Source of the DNA: an uncultured virus (IMG/VR IMGVR_UViG_3300037466_001622)
Lineage: Duplodnaviria > Heunggongvirae > Uroviricota > Caudoviricetes
Strand: one strand, 5' to 3'
IMG/VR virus record: IMGVR_UViG_3300037466_001622
DNA: 64,000 nucleotides
The translations under genes were made by a program, and so were the position numbers. Positions 27,850 to 37,110 of the stretch are shown piece after piece. The notes beneath the pieces are model-generated. The model was given only the letters and a program-made list of their open reading frames with translations, had not been told where the DNA came from and did not search any database. Numbering within the stretch: position 1 is the first letter of the stretch; each line of letters starts with the position of its first letter.

Positions 27850-29276
27850 GATCGTGTCCCGCCGCGTGGTGTAGCTCGGCGGTGGCGAAGTCGCTCGCGA
27901 GCGCGCCGTCAACAGCGCTGTAGCGAGCGAGCGGCGATAGCAGCGGTCATCGATGTTCCCCGGTAGGGTCGGGTTGCTGAGACCAACCTGATTCGAAGGA
28001 ACGACCGATGACCGACGACATGATGAACCTGCGCGCGCTCGTGGAGAAGACCCCCGACACCGATCTTTTGCGCGAGATGATCGGCTTTGCCGCCGAGCGG
28101 CTGATGGAGTTGGAGGTGGGTGCCGCGACGGGCGCCGGCTATGGCGAGAAGAGCGCGCTGCGGACCGCCCAGCGCAATGGCTACCGCGACAGGGACTGGG
28201 AGACTCGGGCGGGAACGGTAGAGCTGCGCATCCCCAAGCTCAGGAAGGGCTCTTACTTCCCCTCGTTCCTAGAGCCGCGGCGCATGGCCGAGAAGGCGCT
28301 CACCGCGGTGATCCAGGAAGCCTACATCCAGGGCATCTCAACCCGCTCGGTCGATGATCTGGTCAAGGCGATGGGAATGAGCGGCATTTCCAAGAGCCAG
28401 GTCAGCCGACTCTGCGAGGAGATCGACGGTAAGGTGAAGGCCTTCCTCGAACGCCCGATCGAAGGCGACTGGCCATACCTATGGATTGATGCCACCTACC
28501 TGAAGGTGCGCCGCGGTGGCCGCATCGTCTCGGTCGCCGTCATCATTGCCGTGGGCGTCAACGCCGACGGCCGACGCGAGGTGCTGGGCATGGAGATCGG
28601 CACCTCGGAAGCCGAACCGATCTGGACGGAGTTCCTGCGCAAGTTGACCCGGCGCGGCCTCAGAGGTGTCAAGCTGGTCGTCTCCGATGCTCACGAAGGC
28701 ATCAAGGCAGCGGTCTCCAAGGTGCTGTGCGCCACCTGGCAACGCTGCAGGGTTCATTTCGCCCGCAATGTGCTGGCCCATGCCGGCAAGAGCGGCCGTC
28801 GCGTCGTCTCGGCCTTCATCGCCACCGCCTTCGCCCAGGAGACAGCAGAAGCCGCCAGCCTGCAGTGGCGCGCCGTCGCCGACCAGATCCGGCCGAAGGT
28901 GCCGAAGCTCGCCGCCATCATGGATGAGGCCGAGCATGATGTGCTCGCCTATATGAGCTTCCCCAAGGAGCATCGTGTCAAACTGCACAGCATCAACCCG
29001 ATCGAGCGGCTCAACGGTGAGATCAAGCGGAGGACCGAGGTCGTCGGCATCTTTCCCAACGACGACGCCATCGTCCGCCTCGTCGGCGCGTTGCTGCTTG
29101 AACAGAATGATGAATGGGCCGTCCAGCGTGCCCGCTACATGACGCTTGAGACGATCAGCCAGATGAGTGATGATCCGCTCGTCAGCCTGCCGGCAGTGGC
29201 GCGCTGATCATTCCGGCCCATGCCGGAGAGCACGGCGACCAATGCCGTCAGCTACACCACCTCAGTGGGCACGATC
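27850..29276 (+). mobile_element. IS256-family insertion sequence
   Basis: 27-bp imperfect terminal inverted repeats GATCGTG...GTGGTGTAGCT; 8-bp target duplication ATGCCAAG at 27842-27849 and 29277-29284. Confidence 0.96.
28008..29207 (+). CDS. IS256-family DDE transposase
   Basis: [44 protein letters not shown]. Confidence 0.97.
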   Translation: MTDDMMNLRALVEKTPDTDLLREMIGFAAERLMELEVGAATGAGYGEKSALRTAQRNGYRDRDWETRAGTVELRIPKLRKGSYFPSFLEPRRMAEKALTAVIQEAYIQGISTRSVDDLVKAMGMSGISKSQVSRLCEEIDGKVKAFLERPIEGDWPYLWIDATYLKVRRGGRIVSVAVIIAVGVNADGRREVLGMEIGTSEAEPIWTEFLRKLTRRGLRGVKLVVSDAHEGIKAAVSKVLCATWQRCRVHFARNVLAHAGKSGRRVVSAFIATAFAQETAEAASLQWRAVADQIRPKVPKLAAIMDEAEHDVLAYMSFPKEHRVKLHSINPIERLNGEIKRRTEVVGIFPNDDAIVRLVGALLLEQNDEWAVQRARYMTLETISQMSDDPLVSLPAVAR

Positions 29277-29638
29277 ATGCCAAGCGCGACCTGCCGGATA
29301 TCCCGTGGTCTGATAGCCTAATGGACAGCGGGCTTCTGAGGAACGGCCGGAGACCAGACCGATACGACGGCAAGGTCTTTTGGACATGTGGCGGCTTAGC
29401 TTTCTGGTATGCCTTCTATTGGTGGGACAACTCCGTAGACACGCGGGGTGCGTCAAACTCGGGCTTTTATGTGAGAGGGTTCGGTTGGCCTGAAGCGCAG
29501 TCGGCGTTCGATTATGCGTGCACTCAGTTTCCCAAAGTTGTCGCCAGGCAGAGGCAGCCGCTCATGCTGCAGAATCCTGCGCCGATCGCATCCGCCGCCT
29601 AGGCAGCGTTATGGCGCGTTACTGATGGCGTTATCGCC

Positions 29639-29690
29639 TAGGCGGTTTCGCATTTTTCCTGTTGACTCTATAGGCGCTTTAGCCTAAAAC
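29639..29690 (+). promoter_or_regulatory. Promoter with two operators
   Basis: TTGACT-17-TAAAAC; operators at 29639-29654 and 29671-29686. Confidence 0.8.
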
Positions 29691-29715
29691 GGTCTCAACA
29701 ACAGGAGACGGACAC

Positions 29716-29964
29716 ATGAACACCTCGGCCCACGACACCGCGACAAAAGAGACGATGCCTTTCGTGTTCTTCAAGTCATCGGTTGCTGAGCGCGCTGGCC
29801 TCCCGGTCGAAACCGTCGAAGTTTTCAGCGACCGCCTGATCACTGCCTACGACATGGGCGAAGCAGTTTGGATGATCGCCGATGAACTCAAGCTGCGCGC
29901 CGCTGCTCCTCGTAAGCATAAGACGCCGCGCCAGTTGGCGGTGCGGGTCATGGAAATCCGCTAA
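29716..29964 (+). CDS. Hypothetical protein
   Basis: aggag RBS after the promoter. Confidence 0.65.
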   Translation: MNTSAHDTATKETMPFVFFKSSVAERAGLPVETVEVFSDRLITAYDMGEAVWMIADELKLRAAAPRKHKTPRQLAVRVMEIR

Positions 29965-30016
29965 CCCCATCACCCCACGCATCGCCCTCGGGCCGATGGT
30001 CAGCAAGGAGAGAAGA

Positions 30017-30292
30017 ATGAACAGCGCAGTCGAATGCCTTGAGGAAGCGGCCAGGATTGCGGATGGCGTTTCATCCAAGGCTCGCCAATCTCTCCTCCGC
30101 GCAAAGCGCAGGCAGGCAAACTCCGAACTGCTCAACGCCGTCGGATACCAAGGCGACCCAGACTTCGAAGTCTGCGAACTGACGACAATTGCCGAGACGG
30201 CCGAGGCTATCGCTGCGGAAATCCGAAACATGGCGATCCTCGCGGGTGCCTACACACACCCACCCCTCCCAAGCAAGACGGCTCCGGCCTGA
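30017..30292 (+). CDS. Hypothetical protein
   Basis: aaggag RBS before ATG 30017. Confidence 0.6.
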   Translation: MNSAVECLEEAARIADGVSSKARQSLLRAKRRQANSELLNAVGYQGDPDFEVCELTTIAETAEAIAAEIRNMAILAGAYTHPPLPSKTAPA

Positions 30293-30316
30293 TCTGGGAA
30301 ATAGGAGAATACGCAG

Positions 30317-30562
30317 ATGACAAAGCGAGAGACGACACAAACGCTTTTCGTTCGCGTCTGCCGGGACAGCGGTTTCCAACTCGATGCCGTGAGGGCAGCG
30401 CAGCTTACAGCCTCGATGGTCGGCTGCCACCCTCTTGAGGTCTGGCTGGCAATGCCAAGCCTGACGGTCATGAACGAAATCGCTGCCGGTACTCATCCAG
30501 CAGCTGGTCGCGCCGCCCTCCACCCCACCCAACAACCACCGCATGCGGGAGAAACGCCGTGA
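30317..30562 (+). CDS. Hypothetical protein
   Basis: aggag RBS. Confidence 0.6.
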   Translation: MTKRETTQTLFVRVCRDSGFQLDAVRAAQLTASMVGCHPLEVWLAMPSLTVMNEIAAGTHPAAGRAALHPTQQPPHAGETP

Positions 30563-30774
30563 CTGGCGCTCGGAGGGAAGTGATGGAGTATGATATAGAA
30601 AAACTCCTGCAAGATGCGATTGCTGCGTTCAGGTCAATGCCGCGCGAGCGGCAAGCCGTTATGGAGCGCGAACAAGCCATAAGTTTTGTGTACGGAAACG
30701 TGGCGATCGAAAACGAACTCATCACGCGCGAGATGGTGGAGCGGGCATGCGATAAATGCGCCACGTCGTCCTAG
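30559..30774 (+). CDS. Hypothetical protein
   Basis: REQAISFVYGN...ITREMV; coupled ORF. Confidence 0.6.
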   Translation: MTGARREVMEYDIEKLLQDAIAAFRSMPRERQAVMEREQAISFVYGNVAIENELITREMVERACDKCATSS

Positions 30775-31394
30775 ACACGGAAACAACCGGCTTCGATTTC
30801 AAGCGCGACCGCCTGGTCGAAGTCGGCGCCGTCGAGATTATCGACCTGTCGCCGCGGCGCACATTTCACGCCTACATCAATCCCGGCATTCCTGTGCCGC
30901 AGGAGGCTACGGACGTTCACGGCCTGACGGACGCATTCCTGGCCGACAAGCCGCCGTTTGCTGCAATTGCCGGCTCGTTAAAAGACTTCCTGGCGGACAG
31001 CCAGATCGTTGCGCATAACGCGTCGTTTGACGCTGGATTCCTTGCTGCGGCGTTCGGCGAACCTCTCCCCAATCCCTTTATAGACAGCCTGGCGATGGCT
31101 CGAGCCAAACACCCCGGCTCGCCATGCTCGCTCGACGCGCTCTGCCGGCGTTATGGCATCGACAATACCCGCCGCACCAAGCACGGCGCGCTGCTTGACG
31201 CGGAGCTTCTTGCGGCCGTATACGCTGAGCTCATTGGGCGGCAAAGCGCGCTGGATCTTGTCAAGGCAGTTGCGCAGACAGCCGACGACATTGTTCTACC
31301 AGCGCGGCCCGCACAGCTACCAGCCAGGCTTGCCGCGGCCGACATTGAAGCGCATAAAGCAATGATGAGTGAGATTGCCGCGCGACGGGTATAG
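30756..31394 (+). CDS. dnaQ: DNA polymerase III epsilon-like DEDDh exonuclease
   Basis: VLDTETTG, AHNASFD, SLDALCRRYGIDN, HGALLDAELLA. Confidence 0.95.
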   Translation: MRHVVLDTETTGFDFKRDRLVEVGAVEIIDLSPRRTFHAYINPGIPVPQEATDVHGLTDAFLADKPPFAAIAGSLKDFLADSQIVAHNASFDAGFLAAAFGEPLPNPFIDSLAMARAKHPGSPCSLDALCRRYGIDNTRRTKHGALLDAELLAAVYAELIGRQSALDLVKAVAQTADDIVLPARPAQLPARLAAADIEAHKAMMSEIAARRV

Positions 31395-31845
31395 CGCGAA
31401 CTATACACAGCACTCGCTAATATTAGCCCACATTAATAACCCAATAAGTTGCTCCACTAAACGGGAGCGCGAACATTGTAACATGTCATTTACCACCAGA
31501 AATGTTCCGTTATTTTTCTGTTGGTCCTACCAATTAGCACTTGCGCGCATTAGGGAAATATAACAGTGTGCGTTCGGGCTTGATAACCCTGATTGGAATA
31601 GGCGCGAAAGGGCGCCGAAATGTGCGCCTGCTTGGCGGCGGCGTATCACCTGGCCTTCGGCCGGGAGCGGTGCGCCATGTCCAAGCTTCGGCCAAAAGCC
31701 ATCGGCTCGTCTTCCAACGAGATATCAACTCCCGGCTTGCCGCAAGGTACGACGGCAGGGCGACGAAGCATTGAGATTCAGAACTGGCGCACTGCGCCGA
31801 AAAAGAAAGGGACCGTCACACCTTAAGGAAGTGGGTTTGGGAATT

Positions 31846-32175
31846 ATGACTGAAATGATGCGGCCGTCCGCTACCGGTTCTGCAGTAGCGGTGTTCTTGG
31901 AGACCGAGCCGATCGCCATTCAAACGAGGAAGGAATGGCGTTTTGAACTCGGACAGTGCATATCGCATAAAGACCAGGCGATGCCGTCGCTTGTGGTCGA
32001 TAGAGCGCGTACAAGCAAAGGACGAGAGGTGTATGTCGCCAGGTCATACGCCTTGGTGGATCCTGTCGGTGACAGGATGATGCTTGCCGACGTTCTGGTC
32101 GACGTAGTGCCAGGCAGCGAGCCGTGTATGGGCTGCGCGCTGTTTCGCACGGCTATGTGTCCAGCCAGGAGGTAG
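31846..32175 (+). CDS. Hypothetical protein
   Basis: Open frame with FELGQ.I.HK and a C-terminal CxxC; start uncertain. Confidence 0.5.
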   Translation: MTEMMRPSATGSAVAVFLETEPIAIQTRKEWRFELGQCISHKDQAMPSLVVDRARTSKGREVYVARSYALVDPVGDRMMLADVLVDVVPGSEPCMGCALFRTAMCPARR

Positions 32176-32234
32176 ACTCTTGCGGCACGCCAGTCGCTAG
32201 CGTATAGGCCATGCATTAATCGAGGGACAAATGC

Positions 32235-32642
32235 ATGGCCGTTACCGACGTTAAGAAACTGCGTCCAGAGCTTTTGGACCTAAGCGTTGCCGAACTCGAG
32301 CGGCGCCGCAACGAGATCGACATGGCCATCGCCGAAAAGGCTCGAGCCGAAGAAATCAAAGCCAAGGAAGCGCTTGCCGCTGAGGCTGGCGAGCGCGTCG
32401 AGCGCGTCGTTGCCGACGTCAAATGGCTTCACGACAACGGACTGCTGCCGGAGCGCGTAGCGCAAGGCTTTAGCCGCGGCGACGGCATGTTTGTGCCTAG
32501 CATGATCCTGCGCGCGCCGACAGCGGAGTCGTTGGTTGGTGGGCGAGCCGCGCCTGCCGGCGAGAAGAAGCGGCGACGCAGGCGCGATCCCGTTACCGGT
32601 GAGTGGGTAGAGTCAAAGGCTGCGCAGAAGGCAAAAAAATAG
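32235..32642 (+). CDS. Basic coiled-coil protein, weakly H-NS-like
   Basis: LSVAEL...coiled coil; C-terminal KKRRRRRDPVTGEW. Confidence 0.55.
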   Translation: MAVTDVKKLRPELLDLSVAELERRRNEIDMAIAEKARAEEIKAKEALAAEAGERVERVVADVKWLHDNGLLPERVAQGFSRGDGMFVPSMILRAPTAESLVGGRAAPAGEKKRRRRRDPVTGEWVESKAAQKAKK

Positions 32643-32660
32643 CCCGCCTAGTGCGGGCTA
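32634..32660. terminator. Intrinsic terminator between convergent operons
   Basis: A-run then TAGCCCGC-ctagt-GCGGGCTA hairpin. Confidence 0.65.
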
Positions 32661-32694
32661 TAAGAAGTGTCTGAAAAATGTATAGCGGTTCGGA

Positions 32695-33324
32695 CTAGGC
32701 TCCGCCCATCATCTGCTGCACCATCCGTCTGGCCTCACGCTCAAGCTCTCCGACCGTTGACGCGGAAATAGTAACGTCAGCCGCCACAGCGGCCTGCACA
32801 GCATCGCTCTCAACGCCGGCCGGCCCTTCATGCCCCGGCCGCTCCAAGCGCACCACGCGCCCGCCCTGAGCCTGAAACCAGCCAGACTCGTACACGACCG
32901 ACTCTACCACGATCGGAGCGCGCGGATTGCGCTTACGGGTTAGCGCAATCTCCATTCCGAGTGTCCAATCAACGCCCATCGTCGCGCCCATGAAGTGGCC
33001 GAACTTCTCCATAAAGAAGCGCGGCGATTGTCCGCATGGCAACAATGACGACGGCTTGTCCTTAAGCATGCCGTAGACCATGTCCTCGGCAATGACCGGG
33101 TCGCCGGTGACATACTGGAACCATGCGCGGGAAGCCTCCTTGCCGCCTTCGAAGGCGTGGATCCTGGCAAAGCCAAATTCCTGCTCCAAGAGGTTGGCGA
33201 CAGTCGACTTGCCGACGTTACGCTTGCCGGTGAGGCCGATCATTATTGGCCTGCCGAGCATCGGCCGGTTATCGTTGGCGGCTAGGTCGTGTCCGCCCCA
33301 AGGTGAATAGGCAAGCGCGGTCAT
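32695..33324 (-). CDS. Deoxynucleoside monophosphate kinase-like
   Basis: IGLTGKRNVGKSTVA, SPR..ME.FG, GRVVRLER. Confidence 0.8.
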   Translation of the reverse strand: MTALAYSPWGGHDLAANDNRPMLGRPIMIGLTGKRNVGKSTVANLLEQEFGFARIHAFEGGKEASRAWFQYVTGDPVIAEDMVYGMLKDKPSSLLPCGQSPRFFMEKFGHFMGATMGVDWTLGMEIALTRKRNPRAPIVVESVVYESGWFQAQGGRVVRLERPGHEGPAGVESDAVQAAVAADVTISASTVGELEREARRMVQQMMGGA

Positions 33325-33800
33325 GCTGCTTCCTCGTCGGCCACATAGCCAAGACGTTCGGCGGTATTGTACAAGATGGACCGCAGTGGCTCGCGCACGT
33401 CGTACTTGTGGCAGGCAGCAGATAACCGCATACACGAGTCCTTGCCCCGCTCGCTTGCAGCCTTCCAATCGAAGAACATTTCAACGATGTCGAATAGGTC
33501 CATGCCAGCAACGCCTAGCGGATAGTGTTCTGGATGATGGCTGTTTTTGGCGCGATGGTGGGTGATCATATCCCCAAGCATGTCGGTGCGTCGTTTGTAT
33601 TCCTCAGTGCCAAACTGCGCCGGCCCCTCCGCATCGATAATTGCCTGCATCTTGGCAAGCGGCTCTAATTCGACCAGCTCAAACTTGGAAGCATCATGAC
33701 GGTCGCCGCGCTTGATCATCTCAATGGCGAAACCATTTAGCAGTTCCCGCACTCGCGAGATGTGCTTATGCGTCACAATTTCTGCGTTGCGAGTATCCAT
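33321..33800 (-). CDS. HD-like protein (DUF5662-like)
   Basis: KHI..V, RHDASK, HH...NSHHPEHY, EMFFDWKAA. Confidence 0.8.
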   Translation of the reverse strand: MDTRNAEIVTHKHISRVRELLNGFAIEMIKRGDRHDASKFELVELEPLAKMQAIIDAEGPAQFGTEEYKRRTDMLGDMITHHRAKNSHHPEHYPLGVAGMDLFDIVEMFFDWKAASERGKDSCMRLSAACHKYDVREPLRSILYNTAERLGYVADEEAA

Positions 33801-34208
33801 TCAAACCTCCTCCTTAACCTTGCGCCTCGGCGCGCCTTCTCTTGTTGGGCGATCGCGCACCGGACCATTTGGTGCCGCAGGCTTGTAGCCGTCAGGGTCG
33901 GCGGCGATATTCTTGAGCGATGCCAGCGGGTCGTTTACGACCGGACGGAATCGCGACGCGCGAAACGGCAAGTCGTGATAGCCGAATTCCGGATCCTCTC
34001 CGCGGTCCAATCCCTCGACCTTGATGCCGAGATATTCGCCGTCGAGGTAGTGCACGAAGACGCCAAGCCACCTAACCTTATAAACGGCGCCAAGCACCAG
34101 TTCGCACGGCAGGCTTACGCGCTGCTCCGGCCTATATCCGTTGTCGACACAGACCACGTCCTGGCCGACATAGAACTTGTGCGTTGGGTCGAAGTTGTCG
34201 GTGGTCAT
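33801..34208 (-). CDS. Hypothetical protein
   Basis: FYVGQDVVCVD...ASRFRP; in operon. Confidence 0.65.
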   Translation of the reverse strand: MTTDNFDPTHKFYVGQDVVCVDNGYRPEQRVSLPCELVLGAVYKVRWLGVFVHYLDGEYLGIKVEGLDRGEDPEFGYHDLPFRASRFRPVVNDPLASLKNIAADPDGYKPAAPNGPVRDRPTREGAPRRKVKEEV

Positions 34209-34429
34209 GCGCCACCCATTATGGCTGCGCCAACGTTATCGACCTCATCGACGGCAAGCGCGTTGCTTGTAACGAGGATAGAAGCCGCAGCATGTGCGCA
34301 CCGTTTGCGTTCTGCCAGGATGGCGCGAGAGATTATCTGCATCCCTACTAATGAGCCAATCCATCCATCTATGCCTTCGGTGACGAGCCTTGCCGTCAGC
34401 GTTATATCGTCTGGAATTATTTCGCTCAC
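34205..34429 (-). CDS. Hypothetical protein
   Basis: RAILAERKRCA; coupled ORF. Confidence 0.55.
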   Translation of the reverse strand: MSEIIPDDITLTARLVTEGIDGWIGSLVGMQIISRAILAERKRCAHAAASILVTSNALAVDEVDNVGAAIMGGA

Positions 34430-35262
34430 GCCGCCTCCTTCGCCATCTGATAAGCGCGGTCAGCCGCAGACGCCACGCGGTCTTGCTCGTGGTAGTGGTC
34501 GTCGGTGGATGGCCTACCCAACTGCCGCAAACTTGCGAACGTCTCGAGAAACGCAGCCTCCGCCTCCTCCGGCGACCAGAATTGCAACTCGACGCCAAGC
34601 GGGTCGCTGTGCTTTGCGTGCCAAGCCATCGGTGCCATGTTGACGAGCTCGTCGGCGATGATGCGATTGTCGGCATCATGCACGACGTCGGGCATGACTT
34701 CCGGCAAGCTGTAGCGCGCTGCGATAACCTTCCAGAGCGCAGCCTCGTGCATCCGGTACTCATGCATGCTGCGCTTAACGGGGCGCGGCATATCCACCAA
34801 ATAGGCTTCGGTTGCGTCGTGCATCAGGCCGCACAGCGCGTCGGCGGCCGAGCCGTGCCACCATATCCAATTGGCTATCAGCACGGAATGTTCGGCAACC
34901 GAATAGAAGCGCTTGCAGTGGCCGGCGTACCGGCACTGCAGGCTCAAACTGTGCGCGATGTCCTCGATATGCACCTCGTCGGGCCGAGCGTCCAACGGCC
35001 AGAACTGGCGAGCCGACCAAGTCTGCATGAAGTCGCCAGTACGGTTGTCGTTTGCGGCCCGCCAGTAAGCCGTCTTGTCGCCATCTGGCGCGCCAAGGTC
35101 TATCCCAACGAAAACAGGCGCTGCGTCTAACGCCTCGCGCGTCATCGGCCCAAACGTCTCCTGCGCCGTTGTGTCGTGCTCAACGTAGCAGCGGGCTACG
35201 GAGTCCCAATGGAGGTCTGGTTCACGAAGCTTTTCAAAGGCGATTCCGTCAAGCAACCCCAT
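34426..35262 (-). CDS. HD-domain phosphohydrolase (YfbR/YfdR-like)
   Basis: IEDIAHSLS..CRYAGH, YSVAEHS, LMHDATEAY..DMPRPVK. Confidence 0.9.
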   Translation of the reverse strand: MGLLDGIAFEKLREPDLHWDSVARCYVEHDTTAQETFGPMTREALDAAPVFVGIDLGAPDGDKTAYWRAANDNRTGDFMQTWSARQFWPLDARPDEVHIEDIAHSLSLQCRYAGHCKRFYSVAEHSVLIANWIWWHGSAADALCGLMHDATEAYLVDMPRPVKRSMHEYRMHEAALWKVIAARYSLPEVMPDVVHDADNRIIADELVNMAPMAWHAKHSDPLGVELQFWSPEEAEAAFLETFASLRQLGRPSTDDHYHEQDRVASAADRAYQMAKEAA

Positions 35263-36538
35263 GCATCATCTCCTTCGGCTCGTTGTCGTTGGCTGCGGTG
35301 CGCCATCCGCCAACCATGCCAGGTGTGAGCGTCAGCCGCGCAACCTCGCCATGGTTCTTGCTGTAGGTGATGACCTTCGCGGAGCGGCCAGACAGCCACC
35401 CGCCGTTGGCCGCATAGGCGTCCGCCGCGGCAAGCGTTTCGTGCCGCTCGACCTTCATCAGGTTTGTCGACTTGAGCTCGTCGCTGTGCAGGTGGCCAAG
35501 GTGCGCATAGCTGAATTTGGTCTGGCCGTACATTTCGCGGAACTTGCCCGCGAACACGGTATCGACGTTGCCGATCTTGCGCTTGTGTCCGTGATGGACG
35601 AATAGCGACACGTCGCCATGCTTGTAGCCGTAATAGGTGCTCGCCGAGCTATCGACAGTCACGCGCGGCTCGTTGTCATAGAACGCTGCGAACATCTCGC
35701 GCAGCCACGCCTCACTTGCCGGGTCGTGGTTGGCGTCGGCCATGATGACGTGCACAAACTTGTGCTTCTCGAGCAGCATGGCGATGACGCGCCGCAACGT
35801 GCGAATGACGACCCGGATAACCTTCGGCAGGCGGCTGTCCGCATCCAAGATATGGCCACTCGTTGGTGTCTTGGACTCAAAGCCGTCATAGTGGAGAAGG
35901 TCGCCAATCTGCGCAAAGATTGCCGTCTCGGCAGGCGGCGCAAGGTCGATTGCCGCCGCGAACCAATCCAGCAGAAGCTTTTCGGCGATCGGCAGGTCGT
36001 AGTCTGCGCCGGTCTCCTCGCGCCAGGACAGCATCCCGAAATGCGCGTCGGTAACTGCGTAGAGATTCAACAATTCGCCAATTGTGGATCCCGGCGCCGG
36101 AGTGGGATCGATGCGCGGAACTTCCTCCTTGAGCGCGTCGACAACGGCGCGCATGACGGCAAGTTGCGCCTCGCGGTCAGCGTCAGTCTTGATCCACTTG
36201 ATAATCTCGCGGCCATACGGATCGACAAGCGCGCTGACGCCCTTGATCTTTTGGCCGGCAGGCATCTCAAAGACTTCGCCGCGTTCCGGCTTCTGCTGGA
36301 TAAACTCGGCGCGCAGATTGCCGTCGCCGTCATAGACGGCGGTTTCTTGGCTTATGCGAAATCCATGCATAACCGGCTCGGTGCCGATCAGCCCTCGCTC
36401 CGCAGCTTGCCGCAAGTGTCGCTGCACTGTCTCACGCGATACGCCGAGCGCCTTGGCGGTTGCCGTCTGGTTTTCATTGTTGGCTAGATACGCAGCATGT
36501 GTTGCAAGCAGCGTTTCGTTAGGTGTGGCGGGAGTCAA
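35249..36538 (-). CDS. HTH plus calcineurin-like metallophosphoesterase
   Basis: N-terminal TAKALGVSRETV; DAHFG, GDLLH, ANHD, HHGH, GHLH. Confidence 0.88.
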   Translation of the reverse strand: MTPATPNETLLATHAAYLANNENQTATAKALGVSRETVQRHLRQAAERGLIGTEPVMHGFRISQETAVYDGDGNLRAEFIQQKPERGEVFEMPAGQKIKGVSALVDPYGREIIKWIKTDADREAQLAVMRAVVDALKEEVPRIDPTPAPGSTIGELLNLYAVTDAHFGMLSWREETGADYDLPIAEKLLLDWFAAAIDLAPPAETAIFAQIGDLLHYDGFESKTPTSGHILDADSRLPKVIRVVIRTLRRVIAMLLEKHKFVHVIMADANHDPASEAWLREMFAAFYDNEPRVTVDSSASTYYGYKHGDVSLFVHHGHKRKIGNVDTVFAGKFREMYGQTKFSYAHLGHLHSDELKSTNLMKVERHETLAAADAYAANGGWLSGRSAKVITYSKNHGEVARLTLTPGMVGGWRTAANDNEPKEMMHGVA

Positions 36539-36716
36539 TGGGCAGATTCCTTTGTAGGTGGCGGTCGAACGCCATCATTAGAAACAGGGCTGCGATTCCG
36601 GAGCAGACAAGAAACGGAGAGATATATCCACCTACGTCGAATAGCATGGCGGCAAAGATGAACACGAAAGCGAGCGCGTACCTGTGCCAGGTCTCCATCT
36701 TTGAAATGATACTCAT
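36519..36716 (-). CDS. Small membrane protein
   Basis: Two hydrophobic helices; ATGA overlap. Confidence 0.55.
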   Translation of the reverse strand: MSIISKMETWHRYALAFVFIFAAMLFDVGGYISPFLVCSGIAALFLMMAFDRHLQRNLPIDSRHT

Positions 36717-36898
36717 GCGCGCTCGACCCAATGCGTGCCAGCGCCGTAATCGCGGTTCATCCCGGCAGCCAGGCGTTCGGCGAACCTCTTGGTGTGTGGA
36801 GATTCGCGGCCCTTCAGATGTGTTCCGCGTCCCGCAATGAAATCCCAAACCAGCGCGTACTTGTTGACGCCAAGCGCATCCTTAAGCCACTCAATCAT
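36713..36898 (-). CDS. Hypothetical protein
   Basis: ATGA overlaps. Confidence 0.5.
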   Translation of the reverse strand: MIEWLKDALGVNKYALVWDFIAGRGTHLKGRESPHTKRFAERLAAGMNRDYGAGTHWVERA

Positions 36899-37110
36899 TC
36901 CGTCTCTTCCTTTGTGCCAATCATTGCGGCGCCGACAGCAAAGCTGACAATGGCGAGAGGCAAGAGCGCCGGCCACAGATTGCCCTCGTGCTGCCAAAAC
37001 CACGGCACAAGCGTCCCGAACCAGAACCAAATAGCTTGGCCGACCCCAACGCCGAACACGAACAATGCGGCCAACAAGAGTACCTGGCCAATGGTGTTCT
37101 TCATAATCAC
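36895..37110 (-). CDS. Small two-TM membrane protein
   Basis: ggagg RBS; two hydrophobic helices. Confidence 0.6.
   Translation of the reverse strand: MIMKNTIGQVLLLAALFVFGVGVGQAIWFWFGTLVPWFWQHEGNLWPALLPLAIVSFAVGAAMIGTKEETE

Larger units (their letters stand above)
27721..29602 (+). pseudogene. Hypothetical phage gene interrupted by IS256
   Basis: 27721-27849 joined to 29285-29602 gives one 148-aa ORF (KIWNAK/RDLPDIPW). Confidence 0.85.

Noticed and set aside
31504..31518. Alphaproteobacterial LexA box (GTTC-N7-GTTC)
   Set aside because: Only an imperfect match (GTTC-N7-TTTC) in AT-rich DNA; could be chance
34426..35262. DatZ of a 2-aminoadenine (Z-genome) pathway
   Set aside because: No PurZ or dedicated DNA polymerase in the window
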